In this document: positions 33,708-43,709 of the stretch, piece after piece
How the letters are laid out: each line of letters starts with the position of its first letter
Position numbering within the stretch: position 1 is the stretch's first letter
Position numbers and translations under genes: made by a program
Notes under the pieces: generated by a model
The model's database searches: none
What the model saw: the letters and a program-made list of their open reading frames with translations, nothing else
What the model was told of the DNA's origin: nothing
Origin: a virus
Taxonomy: Duplodnaviria > Caudoviricetes
Length of the DNA stretch: 64,000 bases
Virus record (IMG/VR): IMGVR_UViG_3300033463_000023
Coordinates: 64,001-128,000 of that record
Direction: 5' to 3' (one strand)

Positions 33708-34139
33708 TTAAATATCCACGTCGTCGTCGCGGCGGTCGATGATCTTCTGCATGCGCTGCTTCAGTTCGTTGTAGCGCTTCTCCCAGTATCCCCCGCCGTG
33801 CTGCCAGTCCACGCGCAGCGGTATCAGCTCCAGCTGCCACTCCATGGTGAGCGTCACGCCCTGCTCGTCCGTCCTCATGCCGTCGAGGGCGCTGCCAACG
33901 GGCGTCCACTGCGGCATCACCTGGTAGCACAGGCTCCAGAGACTCTGACCGGACTGCTCGGCCATCTCGTAGAGCGCCTTGTTCGCCCGCCGCGTCAGTT
34001 CCCGCTCCGACTCGCCCGTCATCCTCGACACGTAGTCCGTCAGGTCCTTGATGCGCTCCTCCGTCTCCATCATCTTCATTCCGTTCACCGGCGGCACCAT
34101 GCCGATCTTCATTCCGTCGTTGTCCATAGTCTTATTCAT
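33708..34139 (-). CDS. Hypothetical protein
   Basis: 143-aa ORF. Confidence 0.65.
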   Translation of the reverse strand: MNKTMDNDGMKIGMVPPVNGMKMMETEERIKDLTDYVSRMTGESERELTRRANKALYEMAEQSGQSLWSLCYQVMPQWTPVGSALDGMRTDEQGVTLTMEWQLELIPLRVDWQHGGGYWEKRYNELKQRMQKIIDRRDDDVDI

Positions 34140-34338
34140 GCTCCCTGAGTTTCCTAATCTTGTCCTCGGTGCGCTTCAGGTCGTCCTCGATCTCCTCGAA
34201 GGGACGGAACCACGCGTCGCGCCCGTTCCTGTAGGGCTTGCCCTGCGCCGCCTCGATGCTGGCACGGGCCACCAGCGTCTTGGCGCGCCTGACGGCGTCA
34301 AGCAGTGTCGGCACCATGTCGTAGAGTTCCTTGTTCAT
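34132..34338 (-). CDS. Hypothetical protein
   Basis: MNKELYDMV...; start overlaps the upstream stop. Confidence 0.6.
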   Translation of the reverse strand: MNKELYDMVPTLLDAVRRAKTLVARASIEAAQGKPYRNGRDAWFRPFEEIEDDLKRTEDKIRKLREHE

Positions 34339-34766
34339 ACTACTACCTCCTTTTCTATGCCGCAGAGCCTCAGTGCATGCTGGAGCCAATGGACATATCC
34401 TCTCCATGCAGATGGATGATGAGCAGTAAACGATCCCATTACAACCTCTATTCTCATTTCTTCCTCAGGGAGATACTTATAATAAAAGACCTCTACCGTC
34501 GCGTTCTGATTAGGATCTTTCCATTCATACGCCACAACACTGTCAACACCATAATCAACTTTATAGAACCCGTTCTTCGTCAGAATCTCAGGAGTAAGTG
34601 GTATTGGTTCAAACTTGTTGTTGTACTCCCAGTGATGAGGTGTTCCACAGGCAAAGTGACCTTTATTTTCCGTACAATAGTCAATCCTTGTGACTTGCAT
34701 TGGCGTACCGTTCGCATGACGTACCCAATCGCCGATCATCAGTTCGTTCGCTTTCATTTCTCCCAT
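34335..34766 (-). CDS. YopX-like phage protein, paralog of 40760-41224
   Basis: MKANELMIGDWV, EPIPLTPEILTKNGF, VHWLQHALRLCGIEKE. Confidence 0.7.
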   Translation of the reverse strand: MGEMKANELMIGDWVRHANGTPMQVTRIDYCTENKGHFACGTPHHWEYNNKFEPIPLTPEILTKNGFYKVDYGVDSVVAYEWKDPNQNATVEVFYYKYLPEEEMRIEVVMGSFTAHHPSAWRGYVHWLQHALRLCGIEKEVVV

Positions 34767-34769
34767 AGT

Positions 34770-35108
34770 TCAGTCCTCCTTCTTTTCTTCCTTGAAGTCG
34801 AGCGACTGCTGTGCCTCTTCGGCCTTGATCTTCTCCTTCAGCTCCGCCTCCAGCTCGCTGAGCATGTCGCGGAAGTTGTCGAGCGTCGTGAGGTCTGGGA
34901 ATATGAGCGACACCTGCACGCCCCACGTCTCGTCGGACGGCGGTTCCTCACCTGCCCTCGCTGCAGGATGTTTGAACTCAGACAGCCCGATGGCGAAGGT
35001 GTCCTTCCTGTCGCCGACCGTCCCTAAACTTACACACACGCCGCCACCAAAGACGACCTGCGCCCGGCCGGAAATGCGGCTCTTCATTTTCTCTTTCTGT
35101 TCTGCCAT
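34770..35108 (-). CDS. Hypothetical protein
   Basis: Likely start MAEQKE at 35108. Confidence 0.65.
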   Translation of the reverse strand: MAEQKEKMKSRISGRAQVVFGGGVCVSLGTVGDRKDTFAIGLSEFKHPAARAGEEPPSDETWGVQVSLIFPDLTTLDNFRDMLSELEAELKEKIKAEEAQQSLDFKEEKKED

Positions 35109-35164
35109 AACAAAGTTGAGTTTAATATTTATGATAATTAGTGGGTATTTGTGGTGATTTGCGT

Positions 35165-35755
35165 TCAAGGAGAATCCGTGTCATCCGTATAATCCGTGTT
35201 CGTATTCTCCGTCGCTGCCGACATGTTCCTGACAATGCACTCGGCCAGGCAGTGCTGCCAGCGTCTCAGCAGCTCGCCGCCCTCGCGCTCGGCGACGGAC
35301 TGGCGCTTGTATAGCTCCGCCTCCATCTCCCCCACCTGCCCGACGTACAGCTCCTTCGGCAGCGCCAGCTGCTCCTCGCAGTAGGCCAGGTAGCGCAGCG
35401 CCGCCCGCGCCTCGGCCTCGCGGGTCTCGCGGATCCTCTCGGAGAGCCGGCGGTAGTACTCCGCGCCGCGGACCTGCTCCTGTCCCGCAGGGTTGTTCTT
35501 GCGTCCCGCGGAAATTGCAGAAACCGCAGAAACGTTGCCGCCGTCGCCGGAGTCGGCCTTTCCCTTGTTTCCTTTCTTGCTGCGGGGCTTGTTGTCTCCG
35601 GCGAGCGATTCCAGCAGCGCCTGCGCCGCCAGCTCCGCGTCGTCGGGCTCAGGGGTCATCGCCGTCCTGACGCCCGCGACCCTCAGCGGCTCCGGCCCGC
35701 GCCGGCCGCGGTCCCGGAACACCCTCCCGATGATCGTCTGCCTGATGAGATCCAT
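35165..35755 (-). CDS. Hypothetical protein, first gene of the leftward early operon
   Basis: 196-aa ORF just downstream of a TATCTTTG box. Confidence 0.6.
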   Translation of the reverse strand: MDLIRQTIIGRVFRDRGRRGPEPLRVAGVRTAMTPEPDDAELAAQALLESLAGDNKPRSKKGNKGKADSGDGGNVSAVSAISAGRKNNPAGQEQVRGAEYYRRLSERIRETREAEARAALRYLAYCEEQLALPKELYVGQVGEMEAELYKRQSVAEREGGELLRRWQHCLAECIVRNMSAATENTNTDYTDDTDSP

Positions 35756-35775
35756 ACCGTCGTCGCTTTCGGCGA

Positions 35776-35867
35776 CAAAGATAATACTTTTCTCGGAACT
35801 ATTTGCACTTCTTTTCGGATTTTTAACATAAAAAACTTGTTGGATTCCGAAAAACGCCGTACCTTTG
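35776..35867. promoter_or_regulatory. Divergent Bacteroidetes promoters at the strand switch
   Basis: TATCTTTG on - (35783-35776) and TACCTTTG on + (35860-35867) in an AT-rich gap. Confidence 0.7.
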
Positions 35868-36101
35868 CACCGTCAGAACCGCAAGAGGGGCATAACAGGA
35901 AATCTTCATTTCGCAGCGGCGGCCCCACGGCAGCACCGTAGGAAGCCCGCCCGCAGCGACAAGCCCAAACAGCCGGCGGCAACCGGGTCGGACTACAGGA
36001 AACTCCCCGGAGGCGTTCACTCTCTTGCGAGGCCTTGACAGCCCGAAGTGCCGCCGCCTTTTTATTATAATAATGTATTAACGTCAAAAAGCAAGAGAGA
36101 C

Positions 36102-36365
36102 ATGGATCAGGAACAGGAAAGAGAACAGGCCGTCCGCAGCATCGCGGACATGCTGAGACGCAGCCCATTCACCTTCGAGTTCAAGGTGAGTAAGAGGCCG
36201 CAGGGCATCAGGGTCATCTACGAGGTGACGCAGGAGGAGATGGACGGCCTTCGCGGCCCGGGCCGCGAAGGAGAAAGGACAGGGTTAGTTCACGTTATTA
36301 ACATTCAGAAGCAACAAGGATTATGGCAACAGACAACGGAGGGGGCCGGATGGCTCGGCAGGTAA
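36102..36365 (+). CDS. Hypothetical protein
   Basis: Likely start MDQEQE at 36102. Confidence 0.55.
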   Translation: MDQEQEREQAVRSIADMLRRSPFTFEFKVSKRPQGIRVIYEVTQEEMDGLRGPGREGERTGLVHVINIQKQQGLWQQTTEGAGWLGR

Positions 36366-36976
36366 GGCAGGAGTCGGAGTTCATAAAGCGCATCGAGGAC
36401 TTCGCCAGGTACATGGCGCCGGAGTACATCACGGACGGCGACAACCCGCGCTCGCTGATGATCATCGCCGGGGACTGCCTCGACGCGAAGGAGGGCCGCC
36501 ACGCCATGGCCCACATCATGGTGGGCAGCGACCGCGTGGTCCGCTGCGCCCTGCGGTCGATGATGGAGGACTGCGGCGCGTTCGCCGCGCTGGTGCATGA
36601 GCTGTGCGACGACGACGGCGGCGGCCGCTCGGTGGCCGACCTGGACGAGGAGATAGGCCGCAGGCAGAAGCGGATGACACGCTCGCTGTGGGCGGCCGTT
36701 GGGATCGCCACGTGGTCGGGAGTGCTCATAGTCCTGTCGGTGGCGGGCCTGGCCCACTGGCTGACCACAGTGTCGAGCCTGCTGCTGATGGCGTTCACGG
36801 GAATGCTCATCGGCCGTGATGTCAGGTCGCTGCGCGCCGACATAGAGAAGCTGCGCCAGCAGCGCAAGCGCGCCGCCGGACGGCAGAGGATCGTGAACGG
36901 CATATCCAAGTTCGCCGAGTTCCTGCGCCAGATGCGGGCATCGCTGGAGGAAGACGCCGGAGACGACGAGGATTAA
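36323..36976 (+). CDS. Membrane protein (two TM segments)
   Basis: 217 aa with a hydrophobic hairpin. Confidence 0.7.
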   Translation: MATDNGGGRMARQVRQESEFIKRIEDFARYMAPEYITDGDNPRSLMIIAGDCLDAKEGRHAMAHIMVGSDRVVRCALRSMMEDCGAFAALVHELCDDDGGGRSVADLDEEIGRRQKRMTRSLWAAVGIATWSGVLIVLSVAGLAHWLTTVSSLLLMAFTGMLIGRDVRSLRADIEKLRQQRKRAAGRQRIVNGISKFAEFLRQMRASLEEDAGDDED

Positions 36977-37029
36977 TGAAAGATTTATGGTCATTCATGG
37001 TAATTCATGTTTAAGATAAAATAAGGACT

Positions 37030-37815
37030 ATGCTGATAATGATAACGGACCGCTGCCACATGGGCTGCAAGCACTGCATGCAGGACTCCACGCCCCACGG
37101 CAGGCACATGACGGAGGACACGTTCGAGGAGGTGCTGGAGTTCTGCCGGGAGGCGAAGCCCCTGGTGGTGAGCGTGACGGGCGGGGAGCCGACGGAGAAC
37201 CCGCTGTGGGCCGCGATGGCGCGCGCCCTGCTCGGGATAAGGACGGTGGCGCTGGTGAACATACTGACCAACGGCGCGTGGATCGAGGACGGCGCCGAGC
37301 GGCGGAAGATGGCCCGCCTCATTCGCGAGGCAAAGGGGCGTCTGAAGGTGCAGGTGTACTCGAACCCGAAGTACTACCAGGACCATGCCTGGACGGTGGA
37401 GCACGGGGCGCAGTTCCGCAGCATCGGCTGCATCACCGACTTCGACGACCCGATCTTCATGCAGGACCTGGGACGCGCCCGGGAGAACTGCAGGGAGGAG
37501 ACGGAGGCGAGCGACCACGTGCCGAGCTGCATCAACTCCCACCTGATAGCCGTGCAGGCCCGCTCGCTGCCGCACTTCCTCTCGATGGCGGCGCAGGCGG
37601 CGAAGTTCTGCCGCCCGCTGATAGACCCCGAGGGCGGCATCCACATGTCAGAGTCCAGGCTGTGCCCGACGGTGGCGCACGTCAGCGACGGTGTGGACGA
37701 GGCGTTCCGCAAGATGCGGGCCTCCCGCCCCTGCAAGGGCTGCAGGCTGTACAGGAACTTCGAGCAGCTGCACGCCGAGGAGATGAAGGTGCTGGACAGG
37801 CCGGTGGCGAACTAA
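37030..37815 (+). CDS. Radical SAM protein with Cys-rich C-terminus
   Basis: CHMGCKHC (CxxxCxxC), TGGEPT, TNG; additional C-terminal cysteines. Confidence 0.9.
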   Translation: MLIMITDRCHMGCKHCMQDSTPHGRHMTEDTFEEVLEFCREAKPLVVSVTGGEPTENPLWAAMARALLGIRTVALVNILTNGAWIEDGAERRKMARLIREAKGRLKVQVYSNPKYYQDHAWTVEHGAQFRSIGCITDFDDPIFMQDLGRARENCREETEASDHVPSCINSHLIAVQARSLPHFLSMAAQAAKFCRPLIDPEGGIHMSESRLCPTVAHVSDGVDEAFRKMRASRPCKGCRLYRNFEQLHAEEMKVLDRPVAN

Positions 37816-37828
37816 AGGAGTTTGACGA

Positions 37829-38334
37829 ATGGTAAGCAAGCCTATTCTCGATGCCTGCTGCGGCGGGAAGATGTTCTACTTCGACAAGGACGACCCGCGC
37901 GTGCTGTTCATGGACTGCCGTAGGACGGAGGCCCAGCTGAAGGACCGTGGAAAACTGCGTCGGTTCGAGGTAAAGCCGGACGTAGTGGGCGACTTCACGC
38001 GGATGGAGTTTGCTGACGGATCGTTCAGGATGGTTGTGTTCGACCCCCCCCCCATTTGAAGTACACCGGCTCGAAGAAGGAGGCCGAGAACTGGCAGATG
38101 GTGAAGTACGGCTGGCTGCCCGCCCACGGCTGGCAGGAGATACTGCGGAAGGGGTTCGCCGAGTGCTTCCGCGTGCTGGAACCAGGAGGTATCCTGATCT
38201 TCAAGTGGAACGAGACGGACATCAAGGTTTCGGAAATCCTCAGCCTCACGCCGCACAAGCCCGTCTTCGGACACATCAGCGGCAAGCGGGCGAACACGCA
38301 CTGGATATGTTTTATGAAGGAACTAAAGGATTAA
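37829..38334 (+). pseudogene. SAM-dependent (DNA) methyltransferase, frameshifted in a C10 tract at 38044-38053
   Basis: ILDACCGGKMF...VVFDPP in one frame, HLKY...ECFRVL...LIFKWNE in another; C8 restores DPPHL. Confidence 0.85.
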
Positions 38335-38338
38335 GGAT

Positions 38339-38704
38339 ATGACAAAGAATGAAGTAAAGAAGCTGGTGCCGGACGTATGCGTGCAGCAGCTAACACTAAC
38401 CGACGACAACTGGTCGGCAAAGGCTCTTAATGAGAAAGCAAAAAATCTGGCAGACGGCCTGAGCACAGGGCTTATTTGCTGGGACTGGGACGGTTGCAAG
38501 AACCGTCTGAACGTGTTTACGTCCCTTGCCTTCAAGGATTTTCTTGACGCAGCGAAACCTGGGGCGAAACTCACCAACCGCCGCGGCAAGGAGTTTGTGA
38601 TCACGGGTGAGCCTTATCTCGACAACTGCCGCATGTGTGTACCGACGGAATGCGGCATCTGGTTCTGCGAGAACATCTATGACCCTGATCAGAGTTACAA
38701 GTAA
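38339..38704 (+). CDS. Hypothetical protein
   Basis: 121-aa ORF in operon. Confidence 0.6.
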   Translation: MTKNEVKKLVPDVCVQQLTLTDDNWSAKALNEKAKNLADGLSTGLICWDWDGCKNRLNVFTSLAFKDFLDAAKPGAKLTNRRGKEFVITGEPYLDNCRMCVPTECGIWFCENIYDPDQSYK

Positions 38705-38895
38705 GAGACGGATGACGTATGGTGACGATGCTGGTCATACTTATCTTCCTGCAGGCCTGTCAGCTGATACTGACGCTTGTAATAGCCGTAGATTTCGGGG
38801 CGAAGATCGACAAGATAATGTTTGTACTCAGGATCCCCGGGAATGCTATACAAAGAACTATCGACGAACGGACCAAGAAAGGAAAGGACTGAACG

Positions 38896-39081
38896 ATGGC
38901 TACGATACGGGATTCGGCATTCGACTACTCCATGCAGAGGGGCCACGGCAAGAAGGCCTACGAGAACTTCTACGCCGGCGCAAAGGCCGTCATTGAAGAA
39001 ATCGCTGCGGCATACAATGTCGGCGGCATCGATGCAATGGTCGACCGCATCAACAGTTATGTCGAGGAACTTAAACACTAA
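38896..39081 (+). CDS. Hypothetical protein
   Basis: 61-aa ORF. Confidence 0.55.
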   Translation: MATIRDSAFDYSMQRGHGKKAYENFYAGAKAVIEEIAAAYNVGGIDAMVDRINSYVEELKH

Positions 39082-39129
39082 GTGATATATGGACGCAGGA
39101 AAAGGACGAAACAATAAACTCAAAAGAAT

Positions 39130-39453
39130 ATGGCAAACGTACAACCGACAACTGAGGACATAATGAAGTCTATCCCACTGACACCGGCGGTCATTGCGAA
39201 ATTCACGGACTTTCTCGTGAACCCCGAGAAGTATAACTGTACATACAAGCCACTGAAGGAGTGCTTCGTGGAGGGCGACCACTACGAACCGCAGCACCTG
39301 CTCTACCAGCAGTACGTGGACTACATCAAGAAGCCGCTTCCGAAGGTGGTGTTCTACATCATCATGCAGGAGCAGTTCCCTGAACATTTCGGCAAGGACG
39401 ACCGTGAAGGCACGCGTCACGACTTCGGGTATAAACTGAAATTAAACGTATAG
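39130..39453 (+). CDS. Hypothetical protein
   Basis: 107-aa ORF. Confidence 0.65.
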   Translation: MANVQPTTEDIMKSIPLTPAVIAKFTDFLVNPEKYNCTYKPLKECFVEGDHYEPQHLLYQQYVDYIKKPLPKVVFYIIMQEQFPEHFGKDDREGTRHDFGYKLKLNV

Positions 39454-39457
39454 CGAC

Positions 39458-40174
39458 ATGAAACTGAAACGAATTACATTCACCGGCGTAGACGCCAGGA
39501 CGGACATCCAGGACCTGGTGGACATCCAGCGCGAGTACCCGATAGCGGAGTTCGGCGTGCTGACCAGCTACCACTGGTACGAGAACGGCAACCGCTACCT
39601 CGCCCCCATGCTGGTGAAGAGCCTGCCGGGAAGGGACTTGAGCCTCGCGCTGCACGTCTGCGGGTCGGCGGCCCACGACGCCGCCGTCGGTGACTGGGAG
39701 AAGATAGACAGACACCTGCTCGGGACGCTCGACATGTTCCGCCGCATACAGCTGAACGTTTCCAACCGGCTGGACAACCCGGCGGTCCTCAGTGCCCCGC
39801 CCTACCTGCAGCAGCTGATAGTGCAGCAGCGCAGCCGCCACAACCTCGAGCTGTACAGCAGGACCTTCGACGCCCTGCACGGTTCCCCGAACTGCTATGT
39901 GTCTGTACTGCTTGACGCATCCGGCGGACAGGGTATCGACACACCCCTGGAGGTGTTGCCGACACCCAGGATGGTGGGATATGCCGGCGGCTTCAATCCC
40001 GACAACGTGGCTGACAAGCTGGTGTTCCTCCTGCAGAACGTCCCCCGTGGCGGCAGGTTCTGGATCGACATGGAGAGCGGCGTCAGGACGGACGACTGGT
40101 TCGACACCGCCAAGGTGCGCCGCGTGCTCGCCACCTGCAGGGAGGTGGTCAGGGGACTTGGAATCGAGGAGTGA
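39458..40174 (+). CDS. TrpF/PRAI-like TIM-barrel protein
   Basis: LLDASGGQG, GYAGGFNPDNV, WIDMESGVR phosphate-binding motifs. Confidence 0.75.
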   Translation: MKLKRITFTGVDARTDIQDLVDIQREYPIAEFGVLTSYHWYENGNRYLAPMLVKSLPGRDLSLALHVCGSAAHDAAVGDWEKIDRHLLGTLDMFRRIQLNVSNRLDNPAVLSAPPYLQQLIVQQRSRHNLELYSRTFDALHGSPNCYVSVLLDASGGQGIDTPLEVLPTPRMVGYAGGFNPDNVADKLVFLLQNVPRGGRFWIDMESGVRTDDWFDTAKVRRVLATCREVVRGLGIEE

Positions 40175-40375
40175 TCATGGCAGAGTTCAGTTATTTAAAC
40201 AAACTCCAAGAGGCTTTATGGGCACTCGAAAACGCTGACTACAGCGAAAGAGGGAACCGTGAAGACCTCCGCCGCGCTACCATCCAGGATTTTCGGAGGC
40301 AGGTGGATGTAATATATCGGTTGTGTGACGACGCAAAATCGGCACAAATGTTAATGTCTAAAAGAAATAGGTAAT

Positions 40376-40582
40376 ATGGCTACGAAGTTTGCAGGAAACG
40401 GACTGAGCCGCACGGCGATGATATTCAGGATCGCGGCAATGGGGGGGGTAGAACTGACCATTCCGATGCTGAACAAAATCAAGGACGTCAATCCCCGATC
40501 GCTGGAGCGAGTCTACGACGAGGTGCTGCGCGTCGGCGATGCCGGCAACGCCCGCTTCGCACTGAGGCTGATATTGAAATGA
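40376..40582 (+). CDS. Hypothetical protein
   Basis: 68-aa ORF. Confidence 0.55.
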   Translation: MATKFAGNGLSRTAMIFRIAAMGGVELTIPMLNKIKDVNPRSLERVYDEVLRVGDAGNARFALRLILK

Positions 40583-40759
40583 ACAAGGATTAAAAGGATT
40601 AAAGGATATGGCAAAGACAATGGAGCAGATTAAGGCGTCAGGCCTTGCGATGGACATACAGGAGTTCACTTCCGAACGACCGGAATGCAACGACATGACG
40701 GTGGAGGACTTCGTGTACTATCTGCTTGACTTCAGCCGTGGGATCAAATAATACTGAGT

Positions 40760-41224
40760 ATGAAGGCAAAGGAACTGATGATAGGAGACATCGTCCGCGT
40801 CGGCAAAGACGTGTCCATCAAGAAAGGCACTATCGTCGAGATACGCGGCATCGACGACGACATGGTGTTCCCAGAAATGGGACTGAAGGGCTGCGCGGCG
40901 TGCGTGCCCATAGGCGACCCGGACGGCGTGTCCGGCGGCGTGTGGCTGGACTACCTGGAGCCGTTGCCGCTGACGAAGGAGATACTGGAGCGGAACGGAT
41001 TCGTGGCCGGAGACAGCGGCAGAGAGTACCTGGGATATCTGAAGTACTATCTTTTTAACGACAGAAACCGCTGCAGATTAGCATTGAAGTGGTATATAAA
41101 GGAGAACTTGTGTGAGATGTCGCTTGAAGAAGCCCCTTTCTGGATAATCATCAAGTTCGTCCATCAGCTGCAGCACGTCCTGCTTTCGTGCGAAATAGAT
41201 AAGGAAATAAAGTTGGAGGACTGA
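40760..41224 (+). CDS. YopX-like phage protein, paralog of 34335-34766
   Basis: MKAKELMIGDIV, EPLPLTKEILERNGF, VHQLQHVLLSCEIDKE. Confidence 0.7.
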   Translation: MKAKELMIGDIVRVGKDVSIKKGTIVEIRGIDDDMVFPEMGLKGCAACVPIGDPDGVSGGVWLDYLEPLPLTKEILERNGFVAGDSGREYLGYLKYYLFNDRNRCRLALKWYIKENLCEMSLEEAPFWIIIKFVHQLQHVLLSCEIDKEIKLED

Positions 41225-41226
41225 CT

Positions 41227-41436
41227 ATGTCAAAAGTATTGTATATGAAAATCGTGGCGGGGCACAGTTACACCGCACTGAAAGACTTGAACAATCCCCG
41301 GAAGGGGCGCGCCTTTACAAAGGGCAAGACTTACACGGCGGTGAAGAACGACGCCTTGAGCGGCGACGACGGAGAGAGCTACGGATTTCCGCCGCATTCC
41401 AGACTGCTGGATTTCTTCAAGGAGGACAGCGTATGA
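41227..41436 (+). CDS. Hypothetical protein
   Basis: 69-aa ORF, translationally coupled. Confidence 0.55.
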   Translation: MSKVLYMKIVAGHSYTALKDLNNPRKGRAFTKGKTYTAVKNDALSGDDGESYGFPPHSRLLDFFKEDSV

Positions 41437-41708
41437 ACAAAAGACAAATTGAACTGTGGGCTAAAGGCCGTTTGTTTGAAGTCATGAACGGGATAGGAGC
41501 GCAGGATGCTAAAAGCGTTCTTACAGACCTCCTTGACTTTTTGGGATCCAATTCGGAATATGACTACCTGATGGTAGAGGCAGAAGTTGTCGATGACAGC
41601 TTTGGTCAGCAAGTAGGAGAAGTACCTGCTATCCGATACGATGTGCAGCCAGAGGACAATTTAGAAATTGGCGACAAGGTAAAACTGATAATAATCAAGG
41701 AGGACTGA
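41433..41708 (+). CDS. Hypothetical protein
   Basis: 91-aa ORF, ATGA overlap. Confidence 0.6.
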   Translation: MNKRQIELWAKGRLFEVMNGIGAQDAKSVLTDLLDFLGSNSEYDYLMVEAEVVDDSFGQQVGEVPAIRYDVQPEDNLEIGDKVKLIIIKED

Positions 41709-41711
41709 GCG

Positions 41712-42284
41712 ATGAGAGGAAAGATCTGGAACTTCATCAGGCCATGTGACCCGGAGAAGGTGATACGGTTCGAGAACACGACGGGCGAGACGTTCGGCGC
41801 CATGTACAAGGCAAAGGCATGGCTCAACGCCCACGGCTACGTCTACGGCTCTACGGACCTGAGCCCGTACCTGCCGGCGATGAAGGGCAGCCGATACACG
41901 CTGCCGCAGAAGCTCCACAACTTCGAGCTCGACGACTACCTGCGGGTGACGGCCGTGCTCTACTCGCACGACTACCGCGACGGCTGGGTGGAGGTGTGGC
42001 TCGTGGAGCCGATGTACGTCCTCGACCTCGTGGTGACGTACCGCTGGTACGACATGATCCTGAGCGGCGAGAAGCGCGAGGAGTACCGCGATATCCAGAA
42101 GTGGCGCCGTCGCATCGTCGGCAAGCCGTACACCCACGTCCGTTTCCGCCGCGGCTACACCTCGACATGCCAGATCCTGAGCGTCGACGAGATAACGACC
42201 GGAATCGGCCGCGAGGACTGGGGAGCACCGCAGGACAGGAAGGTACTCATCATCAAGCTCGGCGAAAGGTATGGAAAAAGGTAA
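41712..42284 (+). CDS. Two-domain protein with C-terminal ASCH-like domain
   Basis: WYDMILSGEKREEYR...VRFRRGY (GxKxxExR). Confidence 0.7.
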   Translation: MRGKIWNFIRPCDPEKVIRFENTTGETFGAMYKAKAWLNAHGYVYGSTDLSPYLPAMKGSRYTLPQKLHNFELDDYLRVTAVLYSHDYRDGWVEVWLVEPMYVLDLVVTYRWYDMILSGEKREEYRDIQKWRRRIVGKPYTHVRFRRGYTSTCQILSVDEITTGIGREDWGAPQDRKVLIIKLGERYGKR

Positions 42285-42473
42285 CTTAATAAAATAAATG
42301 ATTATGATTTACGCAAGGATTATCGGCTCGATAGTGAGCGTCATGGTGCTGTTCTACTACGTTTTCGTAGTGCTGCAGTGCTGGGGGCTGATACGCTTCT
42401 CGCACGAGAAGATCACGTTCCCGAAGGTGTTGATACCATTCTATTACTTTTTCAAATAACAATTTAAAAAATT

Positions 42474-43694
42474 ATGATTATGCAAGAATTAAAAGTACCT
42501 AAGAGTGCCATTATCGGCATCTTCTCGTTAGTGATCATCGTCGCCGTGCTGTTCTTCTTCTCGGGAATGTTCGAGGACTGCGACAAGTCGAAGATTTACG
42601 TCAACCAGTACCCGTTCACTGGAGAGTATGCAGTCTGGACGGACGGCGGACTGCAGAAGCAGCTCTGGGGCAACACCTATGAGTACTCGAAGACCACGCA
42701 GGTGGAGTTCACCGGCGTGGTGAAGAACGAGGACGGCTACGTGGCAGACGGTGAGAACCCTGGCGCCGCCGTGACGTTCAACGACAAGGGGCGCGGGTTC
42801 ATCATCGGCTCGCTGCGCGTGGTGCTGCCCATCGACTTCGAGCATATGTCGAAGATTCAGCAGGACTTCGGAAGCGAGCAGGCGCTCATCTCGACGCTCG
42901 TCCGCCCGACTCTTTACAAGGTAGTGACCTCCTGCGGTCCGCTGATGTCGTCATTGGAGTCCGTGTCCGAGACCCGTACCGACCTTATCCAGTACATCAC
43001 CGACCAGCTGAACAACGGCGTGTACAAGACGAAGATCAAGAAGGTGGAGGTGGTCAACGAGCTGACCGGCGATAGCGACGTGGTGGCCAAGGCAGAGCTG
43101 ATCACCGACGCCAATGCACCCGGCGGCTTCAAGCGCCAGGAGGTGTCCCCGTTCTCGCAGTACGGCATCACCTGTAACCTCGTAAGCATCACCGACATCA
43201 AGTACGACAAGGCCACACAGGACCAGATCGACGCTCAGAAGGGTGCGAACCTCGCCGTCATCACCTCGAAGACCAAATCACTCGAGGCCATCCAGAAGAC
43301 CATCCTCGTGACCGAGCAGGGCAAGCAGGCCGCCGAGACCGCCAAGTGGGAGCAGGAGAAGGAGAAGGCACGCGCCGTGACCAAGGCGCAGCAGGAGTAT
43401 GAGGTGGCGAAGCTCGAGGCCGAGAAGGCCGAGCAGGTGGCCCGCAAGGTGAAGGCCGAGGGCGAGGCAAAGGCCGCTGCAAACCGTGCGCTTGTTGCCG
43501 CTGGTCTTACGCCGTTGGAGAAGGCTACCATCGAGAAGGAGACCGCCATCGGCGTGGCACAGGCCCTGGCCAACTCCAACGTGCAGTGGGTGCCGTCCAT
43601 CATGATCGGCGGATCCGGCTCCAGCAACAGCAACGCCATGGACGCCGTCGGCCTGAACATGATGATGGACATCGTGAAGAAAATGAACAAGTAG
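42474..43694 (+). CDS. SPFH/band-7 family membrane protein
   Basis: N-terminal TM, SPFH-like core, Ala/Glu/Lys coiled coil. Confidence 0.8.
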   Translation: MIMQELKVPKSAIIGIFSLVIIVAVLFFFSGMFEDCDKSKIYVNQYPFTGEYAVWTDGGLQKQLWGNTYEYSKTTQVEFTGVVKNEDGYVADGENPGAAVTFNDKGRGFIIGSLRVVLPIDFEHMSKIQQDFGSEQALISTLVRPTLYKVVTSCGPLMSSLESVSETRTDLIQYITDQLNNGVYKTKIKKVEVVNELTGDSDVVAKAELITDANAPGGFKRQEVSPFSQYGITCNLVSITDIKYDKATQDQIDAQKGANLAVITSKTKSLEAIQKTILVTEQGKQAAETAKWEQEKEKARAVTKAQQEYEVAKLEAEKAEQVARKVKAEGEAKAAANRALVAAGLTPLEKATIEKETAIGVAQALANSNVQWVPSIMIGGSGSSNSNAMDAVGLNMMMDIVKKMNK

Positions 43695-43709
43695 CTTGGT
43701 GTAAAATGG

